Below are positions 39,418-49,966 of a stretch of 64,000 bases of DNA, in pieces (the first letter of the stretch is position 1; every line of letters begins with the position of its first letter). Source of the DNA: Gammaproteobacteria bacterium (GTDB lineage: Bacteria; Pseudomonadota; Gammaproteobacteria; JABABF01). The translations under genes were made by a program, and so were the position numbers. Location: NCBI GenBank assembly GCA_965237805.1, contig OZ250153.1:992001-1056000 (forward strand), read 5' to 3'. The notes under the pieces were generated by a model. That model searched no databases. It was not told where the DNA came from and worked only from the letters and a program-made list of their open reading frames with translations.

Positions 39418-40508
39418 CCCTGTCGCCCCTGTGCCAGATACTCCCGCGAGCGCATTTCCACCAGTCGGCTACGAGTGCGCTCAAACTCCGCCGCCAAGCG
39501 CTCGCCGACATACAAGTCCCCCAGCTGCACCGCCGCCGACAGCACCAAGTTGACGCGGCTGTCATAGAGCACATCGACCAAGTTGACGAAGCGCCTCGCC
39601 TGATCGTCGCTGGCCGCATCCAAGCGTGGCACGCCGCTGAGGAACACCGTGTGGCACTCCTGAGCCAGCTCCAGATAGTCGTGTTGTGAGCGCGGGCCAT
39701 CGCACAGCGCTGCAAAATCAAACCACATGACATCGTCACCCGCTCGCCGCAGCGCGATCTGGCGACCGTTGAGTTCGACCGAAGCCCCGGGCTGGTCGGC
39801 GTGCGGGCCACCCGGCGAGATCCCTTGAAAACGCTCGGCCAAAGCTTGCTCGGCACACTCATCCAAGGGGCTATGGTACAGCGATACTCCGGCCAAGACC
39901 CGCAGGCGGTAGTCTTCGCCCGCCGCCATATGGTGCACTTCGCATTGCTCGCAGAGCAGCTTGATGGCGGGCAGGAAACGCGGTCGTTGCAAGCCGTCCC
40001 GGTACAAGTCGTGCGGCGCTATATTGGAGGTGGTCACCAACACCACATCATTGTCGAACAGCGCCTGTAACAAGCGCTTGAGGATCATCGCATCACCGAT
40101 GTCGAGAACCAAGAACTCATCTAGGCACAGCACCCGCGCCCGCTCGGCGATGCGCTCCGCCACCGATGCCAATGGATCGGCCCGCCCAGACAACTCGCGC
40201 AACTGACCGTGCACACCGCGCATAAAGCGGTGAAAGTGCTCCCGTAACCAAAGATCAGCGGGCAGGCAATGGCACAACAGATCCATCAGCCGCGTCTTGC
40301 CGCGACCGACGCCGCCAAAGAGGTAGAGTCCGCACGTCGACGACTGGCCGCGCTGGAAATACCGCCAGATGCGGTGCGCAAAATTGTCCGGCAAGACTTC
40401 GCTGTAGACCCGCTGTATGCTCTGCATCGCCAGTCTTTGCGCAGGATCTGGCCGCAACTCACCACTGTGCAGGGCGCGGCGGTAGGCTTGCGCTGGATTT
40501 GTCGACAT
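39414..40508 (-). CDS. zapE: AFG1/ZapE family ATPase
   Basis: GLYLFGGVGRGKT, HFHRFM, CLDEF, TTSN, DGLQR.RFLP, RTRSRL.EM. Confidence 0.93.
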   Translation of the reverse strand: MSTNPAQAYRRALHSGELRPDPAQRLAMQSIQRVYSEVLPDNFAHRIWRYFQRGQSSTCGLYLFGGVGRGKTRLMDLLCHCLPADLWLREHFHRFMRGVHGQLRELSGRADPLASVAERIAERARVLCLDEFLVLDIGDAMILKRLLQALFDNDVVLVTTSNIAPHDLYRDGLQRPRFLPAIKLLCEQCEVHHMAAGEDYRLRVLAGVSLYHSPLDECAEQALAERFQGISPGGPHADQPGASVELNGRQIALRRAGDDVMWFDFAALCDGPRSQHDYLELAQECHTVFLSGVPRLDAASDDQARRFVNLVDVLYDSRVNLVLSAAVQLGDLYVGERLAAEFERTRSRLVEMRSREYLAQGRQG

Positions 40509-40677
40509 GTTTAAACGCCCGCGCCGATGCCGGACTACAACGATTGGCGGGTACCGAACAGAGCGGATGCAATGCGAGGCGAGGGACACCGAAGCATGCG
40601 GCATGGCCATGGCACGACAGGATTAGACTGTAGACACGGCGGCGCAACTATAGCACAGGGAGGGGGTGCAGGATCCG

Positions 40678-41439
40678 TCAAACCGGATTGTCGATGTCGA
40701 TGTTCTGGTGCTCAATGCCAAGCGCATCGGCCAAGTAGTCGCCGACGGCACGCGCACCGCCACGCTCGGTGGCGTGGTGCCCAGCCGCATAGAAATGCAT
40801 CCCGCTCTCGCGCGCCAAATGCACCGTCTGCTCAGAAACCTCACCGCTGAGATAGGCATCGACACCATGCGCGAGCGCTCGCTCGGCCAGTGACTGCGCC
40901 GCACCGGTACACCAAGCCACCGTGTGCACCATGGCATCACCATCGCCGATATGCAATGGTACGCGCCCCAAGCGCTCGCTCAGCTTCACGGCGAAGGCCG
41001 CTGCCGTTATCGGCTCGGCCAAGCGACCGACTGAGCCGGGCGTCGACGGGTCGTCGGCCACCAGCGGCCCATCGGTCTGCAAGTCGAGCATGAGCGCCAA
41101 TTGGGCGTTGTTACCATAGCGCGGGTGCGCGTCCAGCGGCAGGTGGTAGGCCAAAAGGCTGATGTCGTGCTGCAACAGCAACGCGATGCGACGGCGCTTC
41201 ATGCCGACCAGCTGCGGTGCCTCGCCGCGCCAAAAGTAGCCATGATGCACAAACAGCGCGTCGGCCTCGACAGCCACGGCCGCTTCGATCAACGCTTCGC
41301 TCGCCGTCACCCCGCTGACCAAGCGCCGCACCTGCGAGCGCCCCTCCACCTGCAGGCCGTTGGGACAGTAGTCATTAAAACGCTGCGGCTCCAGCAACTT
41401 GTCAGCCGCCGTCACCAAGGTTTGCAAAGCTGTGCTCAT
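40678..41439 (-). CDS. Nif3-like dinuclear metal protein (YbgI/DUF34)
   Basis: DYCPNGLQVEG, VHHGYFW, YHLPLDAH, AGHHATE, DNPV. Confidence 0.95.
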   Translation of the reverse strand: MSTALQTLVTAADKLLEPQRFNDYCPNGLQVEGRSQVRRLVSGVTASEALIEAAVAVEADALFVHHGYFWRGEAPQLVGMKRRRIALLLQHDISLLAYHLPLDAHPRYGNNAQLALMLDLQTDGPLVADDPSTPGSVGRLAEPITAAAFAVKLSERLGRVPLHIGDGDAMVHTVAWCTGAAQSLAERALAHGVDAYLSGEVSEQTVHLARESGMHFYAAGHHATERGGARAVGDYLADALGIEHQNIDIDNPV

Positions 41440-41458
41440 GGTGCTTTCGCCCTCTTTT

Positions 41459-42589
41459 TCATACGTCCAGACGCACTGGTCGCATCGCCAAACATTCCCC
41501 CAGCGCCCGCAGAAAGGTGGCATTCTCCGCCGGTGCACCGATGGTCACCCGCAGACAGCCGCCGAGTGCCGGATGACCGCCATGCAGGCATTTGATCGAC
41601 ACCCCGCGTTCACGCAAGCCCTCCCACAGCGCCTCGACACGCTCGGCATCGACCCGAAACAGCAGAAAATTCCCCGAGCTGGGCCACACCTGCACCCCGG
41701 ACATTGAGGCCAGCGACGTACACAGCGCCTCGCGCTCTTCACACAGCATCTCTGCTCGGCGACGAAACTCCCCGTAATGCTGTAGCGCCAGCTCGGCCGC
41801 CGCCTGCGTCAGCGCACTCAAATTGTAGGGCAGGCGCAATTTAGCAATCTGCTCCAGTGCCGCAGGTGCCCCGACCAAGAACCCCAGCCGCAGCCCGGCC
41901 AAGCCCAGCTTGGACAGCGTGCGCAACACCAGTACATTGCGGTAATCATCGAGCAAGGGCAGGTGATCCACGCCGCTGAAGACCATATAGGCCTCATCCA
42001 AGACCACCAAGCCGGGAGCCGCCTCAATCAACCCGCGCAGCTCGGCCAGCGGTAACAACGCACCGCTGGGATTGTGCGGCAACGCCAGCAAAGTCAGCGC
42101 GGGCCGCCGTTGCTGCAGAGCCGTGCGCAGAGCCGCACTGTCCAGTTGAAAGTCCGCATCCAGCGATACACCGCAATAGCTGGCACCAGCGGCCTCAGCC
42201 AAAATGCGGTACATGGCAAAGCCGGGCTCCGGACTCAACACACAGCGCCCCGGTCCGGCCACTGCCACCATCAGCCATTGCAGGATTTCATCCGAGCCGT
42301 TGCCGAGCAACAGCTGCCAGCGCTCTGGTATATCCAAGGCAGTGCGCAAAGCATGGCGCAGCTGCCGCGCCTCGGGATCTGGATAGCGGTTGATCGGCAC
42401 CGAGGCGAGCCGCTCGCGCCACGCCGCGACCAACGCCTCGGGCCAACTCCACGGGCTCTCCATCGCGTCGAGGCGCAGGGTCCCGGCGGGCGGCGGGGGC
42501 AAGGCACTATAGGCCTTGAGCGCACGCAGCTCGAGCCGCAACCACTGCTCTGGCCCCGGGCCGCTACCGGGGGCCGCCTCAGCACACAT
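41459..42589 (-). CDS. hisC: Histidinol-phosphate aminotransferase
   Basis: NRYPD, GNGSDE, PHNPSG, DEAY, RTLSKLGLAGLRLG. Confidence 0.95.
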   Translation of the reverse strand: MCAEAAPGSGPGPEQWLRLELRALKAYSALPPPPAGTLRLDAMESPWSWPEALVAAWRERLASVPINRYPDPEARQLRHALRTALDIPERWQLLLGNGSDEILQWLMVAVAGPGRCVLSPEPGFAMYRILAEAAGASYCGVSLDADFQLDSAALRTALQQRRPALTLLALPHNPSGALLPLAELRGLIEAAPGLVVLDEAYMVFSGVDHLPLLDDYRNVLVLRTLSKLGLAGLRLGFLVGAPAALEQIAKLRLPYNLSALTQAAAELALQHYGEFRRRAEMLCEEREALCTSLASMSGVQVWPSSGNFLLFRVDAERVEALWEGLRERGVSIKCLHGGHPALGGCLRVTIGAPAENATFLRALGECLAMRPVRLDV

Positions 42590-42650
42590 ATTGGACAGCC
42601 AGACTCAGCACAGCACGAGGCACCTCCCTCTGCCGCCGGATGCTGGCACC

Positions 42651-43979
42651 TCAGCGACGGCGAGCATCTGCGCTGCGGGCATGTGCTTCCAAGCCCTCGG
42701 CCCGCGCCAACTCGGCCGCCGTCGGTGCCAGTGCCGCCGCCGCTTGGGCTCCGCAACGCAACAACGAGCTGCGGCGCAGGAAATCGCGCACCCCCAGTAC
42801 CGATGCGTAGCGCGCCGCGCCTCCCGTCGGCAGCACATGACTCGGCCCAGCGCAGTAATCGCCCAAGACCTCGGCCGCGCTGTGCCCCAACATCACCGCG
42901 CCAGCACAACGCACTGCTGGCAACAGTCGCTCCGGGTCGGTGACACAAAGCCCCAAATGCTCGGGTGCCAAGCGATTTGCCAAGGCCACCGCCCGCTCTA
43001 AGTCGGCGACTTGAATCAAGGCACCGTGGCGGCGCAGCGACTCGGCGATGATATCCCGCCGCGGCAACTGCTCGAGCAATTGCCCGAGGCGCTTGAACAC
43101 AGCCGCAATCAGCCCGGCATCGGGACTCAATAGCAAAGCACGCGCCTCGACATCGTGTTCCGCTTGAGCACAAAGGTCCAGAGCCACCCAATCGGGATCA
43201 GCACTACCATCGGCGATGATCAGCACTTCCGAGGGACCGGCCTCGGCATCCAAACCGACATGGCCATAGACCAAACGCTTGGCGGCGGCGACATAGCGGT
43301 TGCCGGGGCCGACAATCTTGTCCACCCGAGGCACGGTCTCGGTGCCAAAAGCCAGTGCCGCCACCGCCTGCGCACCGCCGATACAAAACAGACGATCCAC
43401 CTCGGCCAAAGCGGCGGCGGCAAGCAGTAGCGGAGCGGGCTCTCCAGCCGCTGTCGGCGTGGTGACGACGATCTCGCCAACCCCCGCCACCCGAGCTGGC
43501 AAGGCCGTCATCAGCACGGTGGAGGGGTAGGCACCGCGGCCACCCGGCACATAGATGCCGACCCGCTCCAGCGGCAGCTGGCGCAGACCCGTGGCCACGC
43601 CCTCGGCATCGGCCTGCAGACTCAAGCCCTCGGCATCGGCGGCAGCGCGCTCGCGCTCGTGAAAAACGCGGATGCGGGCAGCCGCATGCTCCAGCGCCTT
43701 AGATTGCGCTGCCGGCAAGGCCGCCAAGGCCTCTTGGCAACGCGTTGCAGGCAGTTCGAGCTCGGCCACGCTGGCCGCCACCACGCCGTCGAGCTCAGCG
43801 GTGTGCTCCAGCAGGGCGGCATCGCGTCGGAGGCGCACATCGTCGACAATACGCGCCGCAATACGCGCAGCATCGGCATCGTGTACATCCGACACCGCCA
43901 GCAGAGCTGCCAAAGCGGCATCGAAATCCGCTGACGAGGCATCCAAGCGACGCACCGGCTCGACAACGACAGTCGCCAC
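42651..43979 (-). CDS. hisD: Histidinol dehydrogenase
   Basis: [43 protein letters not shown]; GTG start inferred. Confidence 0.96.
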   Translation of the reverse strand: MATVVVEPVRRLDASSADFDAALAALLAVSDVHDADAARIAARIVDDVRLRRDAALLEHTAELDGVVAASVAELELPATRCQEALAALPAAQSKALEHAAARIRVFHERERAAADAEGLSLQADAEGVATGLRQLPLERVGIYVPGGRGAYPSTVLMTALPARVAGVGEIVVTTPTAAGEPAPLLLAAAALAEVDRLFCIGGAQAVAALAFGTETVPRVDKIVGPGNRYVAAAKRLVYGHVGLDAEAGPSEVLIIADGSADPDWVALDLCAQAEHDVEARALLLSPDAGLIAAVFKRLGQLLEQLPRRDIIAESLRRHGALIQVADLERAVALANRLAPEHLGLCVTDPERLLPAVRCAGAVMLGHSAAEVLGDYCAGPSHVLPTGGAARYASVLGVRDFLRRSSLLRCGAQAAAALAPTAAELARAEGLEAHARSADARRR

Positions 43980-43989
43980 TGTCCCGCCC

Positions 43990-44649
43990 TCAGTCGCCGG
44001 CACCGCCCACCGCCTCGGCAAGGCGCTCGCACAGGGATTCGACCGCCTCGGTATCGACGCGCAATGCCGCCTTATTGACAACCAAACGGGCGCTGACGCA
44101 AGCGATTTCCTCCACCACCTGCAGCTCGTGACGGGCCAGCGTGGCCCCGGTATCGGTGATGTCCACAATCTCGTGTACCAAGCCGCAGAGCGGCGCCAAT
44201 TCCATCGAACCGTGCAATTTGATGAGCTGCGCTTGGATGCCGCGCTCGGCATAGAAGCGGCGTGCCACCGCAATGTATTTGCTGGCCACACGGCGTAGCC
44301 CCGGCGGTGCCTGATCTACATCGACCCGCGCCGCCCGCACCAGCCGACAACGGGCGATGCCCAAGTCCAGCAGTTCACACAGCCCAGCACCGCTGTCGGC
44401 AGCGATGTGCTCAAGCAGCATATCGCTGCCGATCACTCCCAGCTGAGCAGCACCCAGCTGCACATAAGTGGCAACATCGGCTCCGCGCACCACCAGCAGG
44501 CGGTGGGCACCATCAGCGCTGTCCAGACAGAGCGCGGCACCCGTCCCGGCAGCAGGGACGGGCAGCTCCACACCCGCCGCCGCCAACAGCGGCAAGCTCT
44601 GCTCGAGCAGGCGCCCCTTCGCCACAGCCACCGTCAATGGGCGCGCCAT
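43990..44649 (-). CDS. hisG: ATP phosphoribosyltransferase, short form (HisZ-dependent)
   Basis: AVAKGR, DVATYV, ASKY, GSMELAP, DITDTGATL; ~220 aa with no regulatory C-domain. Confidence 0.95.
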   Translation of the reverse strand: MARPLTVAVAKGRLLEQSLPLLAAAGVELPVPAAGTGAALCLDSADGAHRLLVVRGADVATYVQLGAAQLGVIGSDMLLEHIAADSGAGLCELLDLGIARCRLVRAARVDVDQAPPGLRRVASKYIAVARRFYAERGIQAQLIKLHGSMELAPLCGLVHEIVDITDTGATLARHELQVVEEIACVSARLVVNKAALRVDTEAVESLCERLAEAVGGAGD

Positions 44650-44655
44650 CACAGA

Positions 44656-45939
44656 TCAACCCGGGGACAGCGCATCGGGCCGACGCTGGATCTGGGCACC
44701 GAGGCGGCTCATCTTTTCCTCGATCCACTCGTAGCCGCGGTCGATGTGGTAGATGTGTTCGATCGTCGTCTCGCCAGATGCCACCAAGCCAGCGATCACC
44801 AAACTGGCCGAAGCGCGCAAATCGTTGGCCGCCACCCTGGCCCCATGGAGCACAGAGCCGCCCCGCATCCGGGCCTCATTGCCCACCACCTCGATGTCGG
44901 CACCCATGCGGCGCAGGTATTGAATATGGATGAAGCGATCCTCGAAGATGCGCTCGACGATGCGCGACGGCCCCTTGGCGATGGCGTTCATAGCTGTGAA
45001 CTGAGCCTGCATATCCGTTGGAAAGCCCGGATAGGGTGCCGTTTCGATGTCCACCGCCCGCGGCACCTGCCCGCCCATATCCAGCGCCACCCAGCGATCG
45101 CCAGTCGTCAGCTCCGCGCCGGTCTGTTCCAAATGGTGCATCACGGCTTGGATTGTGTCGACGCGGGCATTCTCGAGACGCACCGAGCCACCGGTGACAG
45201 CGGCGGCCACCAAGTAAGTGCCGGTTTCGATGCGGTCGGGCATCAAATCGTAGTCGCAGGCACTGAGGTGATCCACGCCCTCGACGGTCACCGTCGAGGT
45301 GCCGATGCCATCAATGCGCGCCCCCATCGCCTGCAGACAACGCGCCAGATCGACGACCTCCGGCTCGCAGGCCGCATTTTCGATGCGCGTCTCGCCGCGC
45401 GCCAGCACCGCCGCCATCAAAATGTTCTCGGTACCGCCCACCGTCGGGCCATCAAAGCGGATCCGAGCACCATGCAGGCCAGCCGCCGCCCGCCCGATCA
45501 CCTGCCCATCGCTCAGTTCGAAGGAAGCCCCCAAGGCTCTCAAAGCACGCAGGTGCATGTCCACAGGACGCTGGCCTATAGCACAACCGCCGGGAAGTGA
45601 CAGGCGCGCTCGCCCAAAACGCGCTAGCAATGGCCCGAGCACCAAGAAGGAGGCGCGCATGGTGTTGGCCAACGGCTCCAGCATGATGCCATCGCTGCGT
45701 ACTGCATCAGTGCGCAGTTGCAAACGGCGGTGATCATCGGCAAATTCCACAGTGGCTCCCATCGCCATCAACAACTGGTTCATGGTTGTGATATCCGCCA
45801 AATGCGGCAGATTGCCCAGCGAGATCGAATCATCGCTGAGCAGGCTCGCCGCCATGATCGGCAGGGCGGAATTTTTCGCCCCCGAGATCTTGATAGTGCC
45901 GGAAAGACGGTTGCCGCCTTGAATGATCAGGCTATCCAC
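44656..45939 (-). CDS. murA: UDP-N-acetylglucosamine 1-carboxyvinyltransferase
   Basis: SGAKNSALP, LPGGCAIGQRPVD, PDRIETGT, PYPGFPTDMQAQ, DLRA, HIDRGYE; GTG start inferred. Confidence 0.97.
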   Translation of the reverse strand: MDSLIIQGGNRLSGTIKISGAKNSALPIMAASLLSDDSISLGNLPHLADITTMNQLLMAMGATVEFADDHRRLQLRTDAVRSDGIMLEPLANTMRASFLVLGPLLARFGRARLSLPGGCAIGQRPVDMHLRALRALGASFELSDGQVIGRAAAGLHGARIRFDGPTVGGTENILMAAVLARGETRIENAACEPEVVDLARCLQAMGARIDGIGTSTVTVEGVDHLSACDYDLMPDRIETGTYLVAAAVTGGSVRLENARVDTIQAVMHHLEQTGAELTTGDRWVALDMGGQVPRAVDIETAPYPGFPTDMQAQFTAMNAIAKGPSRIVERIFEDRFIHIQYLRRMGADIEVVGNEARMRGGSVLHGARVAANDLRASASLVIAGLVASGETTIEHIYHIDRGYEWIEEKMSRLGAQIQRRPDALSPG

Positions 45940-46561
45940 GCACCCCTCCCGTCCGCGCTCCGGCTGCCACAGCATCGCCAGCCTGCAGCCAAATCCACGG
46001 CACCAATAGCAGGGTACCAAGTGTGCCGTAGAGGTGGGCGGCAACTACAACATCCATCTGCAACAAATCCGAAGTGCCGGGAGTGGCCCCGAACAGATAC
46101 TCCCACAACAGTTTGCAGGCGATCGACAACAATAGCAGCAAGCCGGTCCAATCACCCAGCTGGCGCCAACGGTAGAATCCCAGAATGGCCGCAATGCCGT
46201 GCAGGGGGCCGGAGAAACCGACGACCCAGTCCAATCCGGGGTTGAAAAAATAAAGGCCGAGACCGCAAGCGCTACTGGAAATGAGCGCCGTCAGCACCCA
46301 GATCGACACCGGCACTGCGCCTTGGGCGTAAGCGCACAGCAACAGCCAAGCCGCCAAATTCAACAGCAAGTGCCCCAGTTCGGTGTGCGCAAAATGGCCT
46401 GAGATAAGCCGCCACCACTCGCCAGCCGCGACCAAGTCGCGGCGATAAAAAAACCACTCCTGCCATTCGCTGCCAAATAGCGATGCCATCAAAACCACTG
46501 GCACCGCAACGACAAGACACTGGGCGACAAACCCTCCCCGCCAACAAATCGACTGCGGCAC
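45932..46561 (-). CDS. Rhombosortase (rhomboid-family intramembrane serine protease)
   Basis: GEWWRLISGHFAH...HLLLN, GFSG.LHG (catalytic Ser), K..WE..FG, VVVAAHLYG (catalytic His). Confidence 0.82.
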   Translation of the reverse strand: MPQSICWRGGFVAQCLVVAVPVVLMASLFGSEWQEWFFYRRDLVAAGEWWRLISGHFAHTELGHLLLNLAAWLLLCAYAQGAVPVSIWVLTALISSSACGLGLYFFNPGLDWVVGFSGPLHGIAAILGFYRWRQLGDWTGLLLLLSIACKLLWEYLFGATPGTSDLLQMDVVVAAHLYGTLGTLLLVPWIWLQAGDAVAAGARTGGVRG

Positions 46562-46571
46562 CGCGCTGCCC

Positions 46572-47429
46572 TCAGCGCGTGGCACCAGTGCCACGTGACG
46601 GCTTGGCCTTCTCTGCGGAACGCCCGCCGCCTGACGCCTCGGTCTGCACTGTCTCTAATTGCGACCATTTCCCGATCACCTGGTCCAGATCGCCATCATG
46701 CTCTGCTGACAAGGCGTAGAACTGGGAGCGGAACAACTTGCCGAAGTTCAATTTGTCCAAGGCGATGTTGAGCAGCTCCCAGCGTCCTTCTGCTTGGCGG
46801 CGTTGCAGGCGGTAATAAATGTGGATCGGCTCGCTACCGACGCCGGCGACCAACTGCTCGACCGTCACTTTGCCAGTGGCACTCGCCGCCTTGCCAGGCA
46901 GAGTTTCGACTGTGATATCACCCAAGCGCAGCACCGTGAGGAAGATGCCACCGTAGTTGCGCACCAACCCGACGAGGAACAGCTCGGCAAATCGGTCGAT
47001 TTGGGCGGCACGCAGCTCGAGCTCAGCAGGCGACAGTGCCGCCAAGGACTTGGCGCTACCATAGACGCCCATCACGCCGAGCGCGAAGTGGCGGAAACTC
47101 ACCATTTCGGTCATCGTCTGCGCTATTTGAGCAAAAAATATATCTTGATCGCCGCCGTCTTTGATCTGGGCGCGACTCTGTGCCAACAGGTATCCGGTGA
47201 GCTCGCGCACGACGAGCTGTGCCTCCACCGCCAAATCCGCTGCGGGCGAGGGCTTGGCCGCGACCGCCGGTTTCGCAGCTGGCGATACTTTGGTCGGGGG
47301 GTTGGCTCTATCCACCGCACGGGTAGTAGGGCTGAGGCTCAACACCACTGCCATCGCCACGGCGCACAGACCGACAGCATGGCCTCTCGCCGACCAAATT
47401 CCCTTGCCACGCAGTTGCATGCCCGCCAT
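46572..47429 (-). CDS. mlaC: MlaC/Ttg2D-family periplasmic phospholipid shuttle
   Basis: Signal peptide; F..FALGVMG.Y, Q..RF..LF..GL..NY, I.YRL, W.L.NI, NFGKLFRSQF, LD.VI..W; position upstream of murA. Confidence 0.8.
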   Translation of the reverse strand: MAGMQLRGKGIWSARGHAVGLCAVAMAVVLSLSPTTRAVDRANPPTKVSPAAKPAVAAKPSPAADLAVEAQLVVRELTGYLLAQSRAQIKDGGDQDIFFAQIAQTMTEMVSFRHFALGVMGVYGSAKSLAALSPAELELRAAQIDRFAELFLVGLVRNYGGIFLTVLRLGDITVETLPGKAASATGKVTVEQLVAGVGSEPIHIYYRLQRRQAEGRWELLNIALDKLNFGKLFRSQFYALSAEHDGDLDQVIGKWSQLETVQTEASGGGRSAEKAKPSRGTGATR

Positions 47430-47482
47430 TATACGCACCAACCATGGCCATACCGCTAAAGTAAAATAGCTATTGCACACTC

Positions 47483-48424
47483 ATGTACATGAACATACTC
47501 ACAGCACTGGCGGGTCTCGGACTATTGATCTGGAGTGCCGAACGCCTACTCAATGCCTCATTGGGTATCGCGGCACGGCTACGGCTACCCCCTGTCGCCA
47601 TCGGTGCCACCGCCCTCGCACTGGGCACCTCCTTGCCGGAGGTGGCTGTGGCGATCAGCGCCGTATACGGCCAGCACAGCGACATCGCGGTCGGCAATGC
47701 CATCGGCTCCAATATCGCCAATATCGGGCTGGCTCTCGGTGTGACCGCGCTGTTGGTGCCGCTGTCTGTGAATGCTGCCACGCTACGGCATGTCTTACCG
47801 TTGTCGCTGTTAGCGGTTGCGGTGACCTGCGCCGTGCTGGTCGACATGCAACTCAGCCGCATCAATGGCTTCGCCTTGCTCGCCGGATTCGCATGCGCCA
47901 CTTGGCTGATGCTGAGCCCCTCCGAGCCCCCCGTGGATGCCGACGAGCACGGTGGGTGGTCGGACTGGTTGTGGTTCGCCATCGGCGTGGCCATGCTGGC
48001 CTTGGGTGCCAAGCTGTTGGTGGCCAGCAGTTCGCAGCTGGCACTGGATTTCGGCGTCAGCGAATTGGTCGTCGGTGTCAGCGCCGTGGCCATCGGCACC
48101 AGTCTGCCAGAACTCAGCACCTCGCTACACGCGGCGCGGCGCGGTCAGCACAGCATCGCCTTCGGCAATATCTTGGGTTCCAATGTGTTCAACCTGTTCG
48201 GCGTGCTCGGCTTGACGGCTGTGATGTCACCGTGGCAAGCAACCGACAATACTCTCCTTTACCGCGATATCAGCGCCTGTCTCGTGCTGAGCATGGCCAT
48301 TGCCACACTACTGTGGATACAGCAATGGCGCGGCATCGCGCCGCTGCGACTGGGGCGCTTTACAGCCATCTTGTTGTTGGGCTTCTACGCTGGCTACCTT
48401 GCAGTGCTGCTGACCCCCCACTGA
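47483..48424 (+). CDS. Calcium/sodium antiporter (YrbG-like)
   Basis: Two GTSLPE repeats, GNAIGSNIAN and GNILGSNVFN. Confidence 0.93.
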   Translation: MYMNILTALAGLGLLIWSAERLLNASLGIAARLRLPPVAIGATALALGTSLPEVAVAISAVYGQHSDIAVGNAIGSNIANIGLALGVTALLVPLSVNAATLRHVLPLSLLAVAVTCAVLVDMQLSRINGFALLAGFACATWLMLSPSEPPVDADEHGGWSDWLWFAIGVAMLALGAKLLVASSSQLALDFGVSELVVGVSAVAIGTSLPELSTSLHAARRGQHSIAFGNILGSNVFNLFGVLGLTAVMSPWQATDNTLLYRDISACLVLSMAIATLLWIQQWRGIAPLRLGRFTAILLLGFYAGYLAVLLTPH

Positions 48425-48429
48425 GCCGA

Positions 48430-49416
48430 ATGGTGCACACCACTAGCGACCCCGCCACGCTGGTTGAAATCGGGCGCCGCACGTTGCGCCTTGAGCGCAA
48501 TGCCATGGCGCAGCTGGAGCAACGCATCGGCGCAGACTTTGCACAGGCCTGTGAGTTGATACTGCACTGCACGGGGCGCGTCATCGTCGCCGGTATGGGA
48601 AAATCTGGACATGTGGCACGCAAAATTGCCTCCACACTGGCCAGCACTGGCACACCAGCAGCATTCCTCCATCCGGCGGAGGCCTGCCACGGCGACTTGG
48701 GTATGGTCATGTCCACTGACTTGGTCATCGCGCTGTCACAGTCCGGCAGGGCGGCGGAGCTGCTCACTGTGGCACCACTACTCAAGCGCCAGCAGATCCC
48801 CTTGATCTGCATGTCCGGCGACGGCAGCTCGCCGCTGGCCCAAGCCGCCACACTCTGGCTCGACACCAGCGTCGAGGCGGAGGCCTGCCCCTTGGATCTA
48901 GCGCCGACCGCCAGTTCCACCGTGATGTTGGCCTTGGGTGATGCCCTCGCCATCGCGCTGTTGGAGGCGCGCGGCTTCACCCGCCAAGACTTCGCTTTGG
49001 CTCACCCGGGAGGTGCCTTGGGGCGCAGACTGCTGCTCCAAGTCGACCAACTGATGCAGAGCGCCGAGAAAATGCCCCGGGTGAGCCGCAATGCCAGCTT
49101 GGCCGATGCCATCGTCGAGATGAGTGCCAAGGGGCTCGGCATGACGACCATAGTCGATGATGACGGCATGTTGCTGGGAGTGTTCACCGACGGCGACCTG
49201 CGACGCGCTTTCGACACCAACTTGGCACCGCAACAAGTGCCGATCCGCGAGCTGATGACCCCTGGCGGACGCACCATCGCCCTCGACACACTGGCGGCGA
49301 CGGCAATGGCAGAAATGGAACGCCATCGCACGACATCGCTGGTCTGCGTCGATGGCTCGGGGCGGCCAGTTGGCGTCGTCCATCTGCACGCGCTACTTAA
49401 TGCCGGTGTCGAGTGA
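48430..49416 (+). CDS. kdsD: Arabinose-5-phosphate isomerase
   Basis: GMGKSGH, HPAEA.HGDLG, EACPLDLAPTAS, HPGGALG, CBS pair with FTDGDLRR. Confidence 0.95.
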   Translation: MVHTTSDPATLVEIGRRTLRLERNAMAQLEQRIGADFAQACELILHCTGRVIVAGMGKSGHVARKIASTLASTGTPAAFLHPAEACHGDLGMVMSTDLVIALSQSGRAAELLTVAPLLKRQQIPLICMSGDGSSPLAQAATLWLDTSVEAEACPLDLAPTASSTVMLALGDALAIALLEARGFTRQDFALAHPGGALGRRLLLQVDQLMQSAEKMPRVSRNASLADAIVEMSAKGLGMTTIVDDDGMLLGVFTDGDLRRAFDTNLAPQQVPIRELMTPGGRTIALDTLAATAMAEMERHRTTSLVCVDGSGRPVGVVHLHALLNAGVE

Positions 49417-49966
49417 TCGCGATGCGGCGGCGCTAGGTGCCGCCGCATCGCTGGATCGTTGCCCCCCCCAGCTGCGGCAGCGACTGGCGCGCATCCGTTT
49501 GCTGTCGCTTGATGTCGACGGCGTGCTGACCGACGGTCGCCTCTATCTCAGCGGCGATGACGAATTCAAGGCCTTTAATGCCCGTGACGGTGTTGGCATC
49601 ATGGCGGTGCGCCGCGCTGGCATCGAAGTCGCGATCTGCTCTGCCCGCCCCTCGGCCGCCACCGTCGCCCGCGCCCGCGACTTGGGCATAGAGCACCTGA
49701 GACAAGGCGATGAAGACAAGGCTCAGCTGTTGCTGGCACTGTGCCAGCAGCTGAGTATCGATCCCAGCTGCGCCATTCATATGGGTGACGACTTGGCCGA
49801 TTTGTCGGCGCTACGCTGTGCCGGGATCGGTGCCACCGTCGCCGACGCCCACCCCGCTGCACTGGCCACAGCCGAGTGGTGCAGCATGAAAAAAGGTGGT
49901 CACGGTGCCGTGCGCGAGCTGTGCGACCTGCTGCTGGCAGCCCGCGAAGCCGAGGACAAACCCTGA
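49400..49966 (+). CDS. kdsC: KDO-8-phosphate phosphatase
   Basis: DVDGVLTDG, F.ARDG.GI, GDDLAD, GGHGAVRE. Confidence 0.95.
   Translation: MPVSSDRDAAALGAAASLDRCPPQLRQRLARIRLLSLDVDGVLTDGRLYLSGDDEFKAFNARDGVGIMAVRRAGIEVAICSARPSAATVARARDLGIEHLRQGDEDKAQLLLALCQQLSIDPSCAIHMGDDLADLSALRCAGIGATVADAHPAALATAEWCSMKKGGHGAVRELCDLLLAAREAEDKP

Noticed and set aside
47473-49416. 647-aa ORF suggesting a KdsD fusion
   Set aside because: The N-terminal half is an off-frame overlap of the Ca/Na antiporter gene; KdsD begins at 48430
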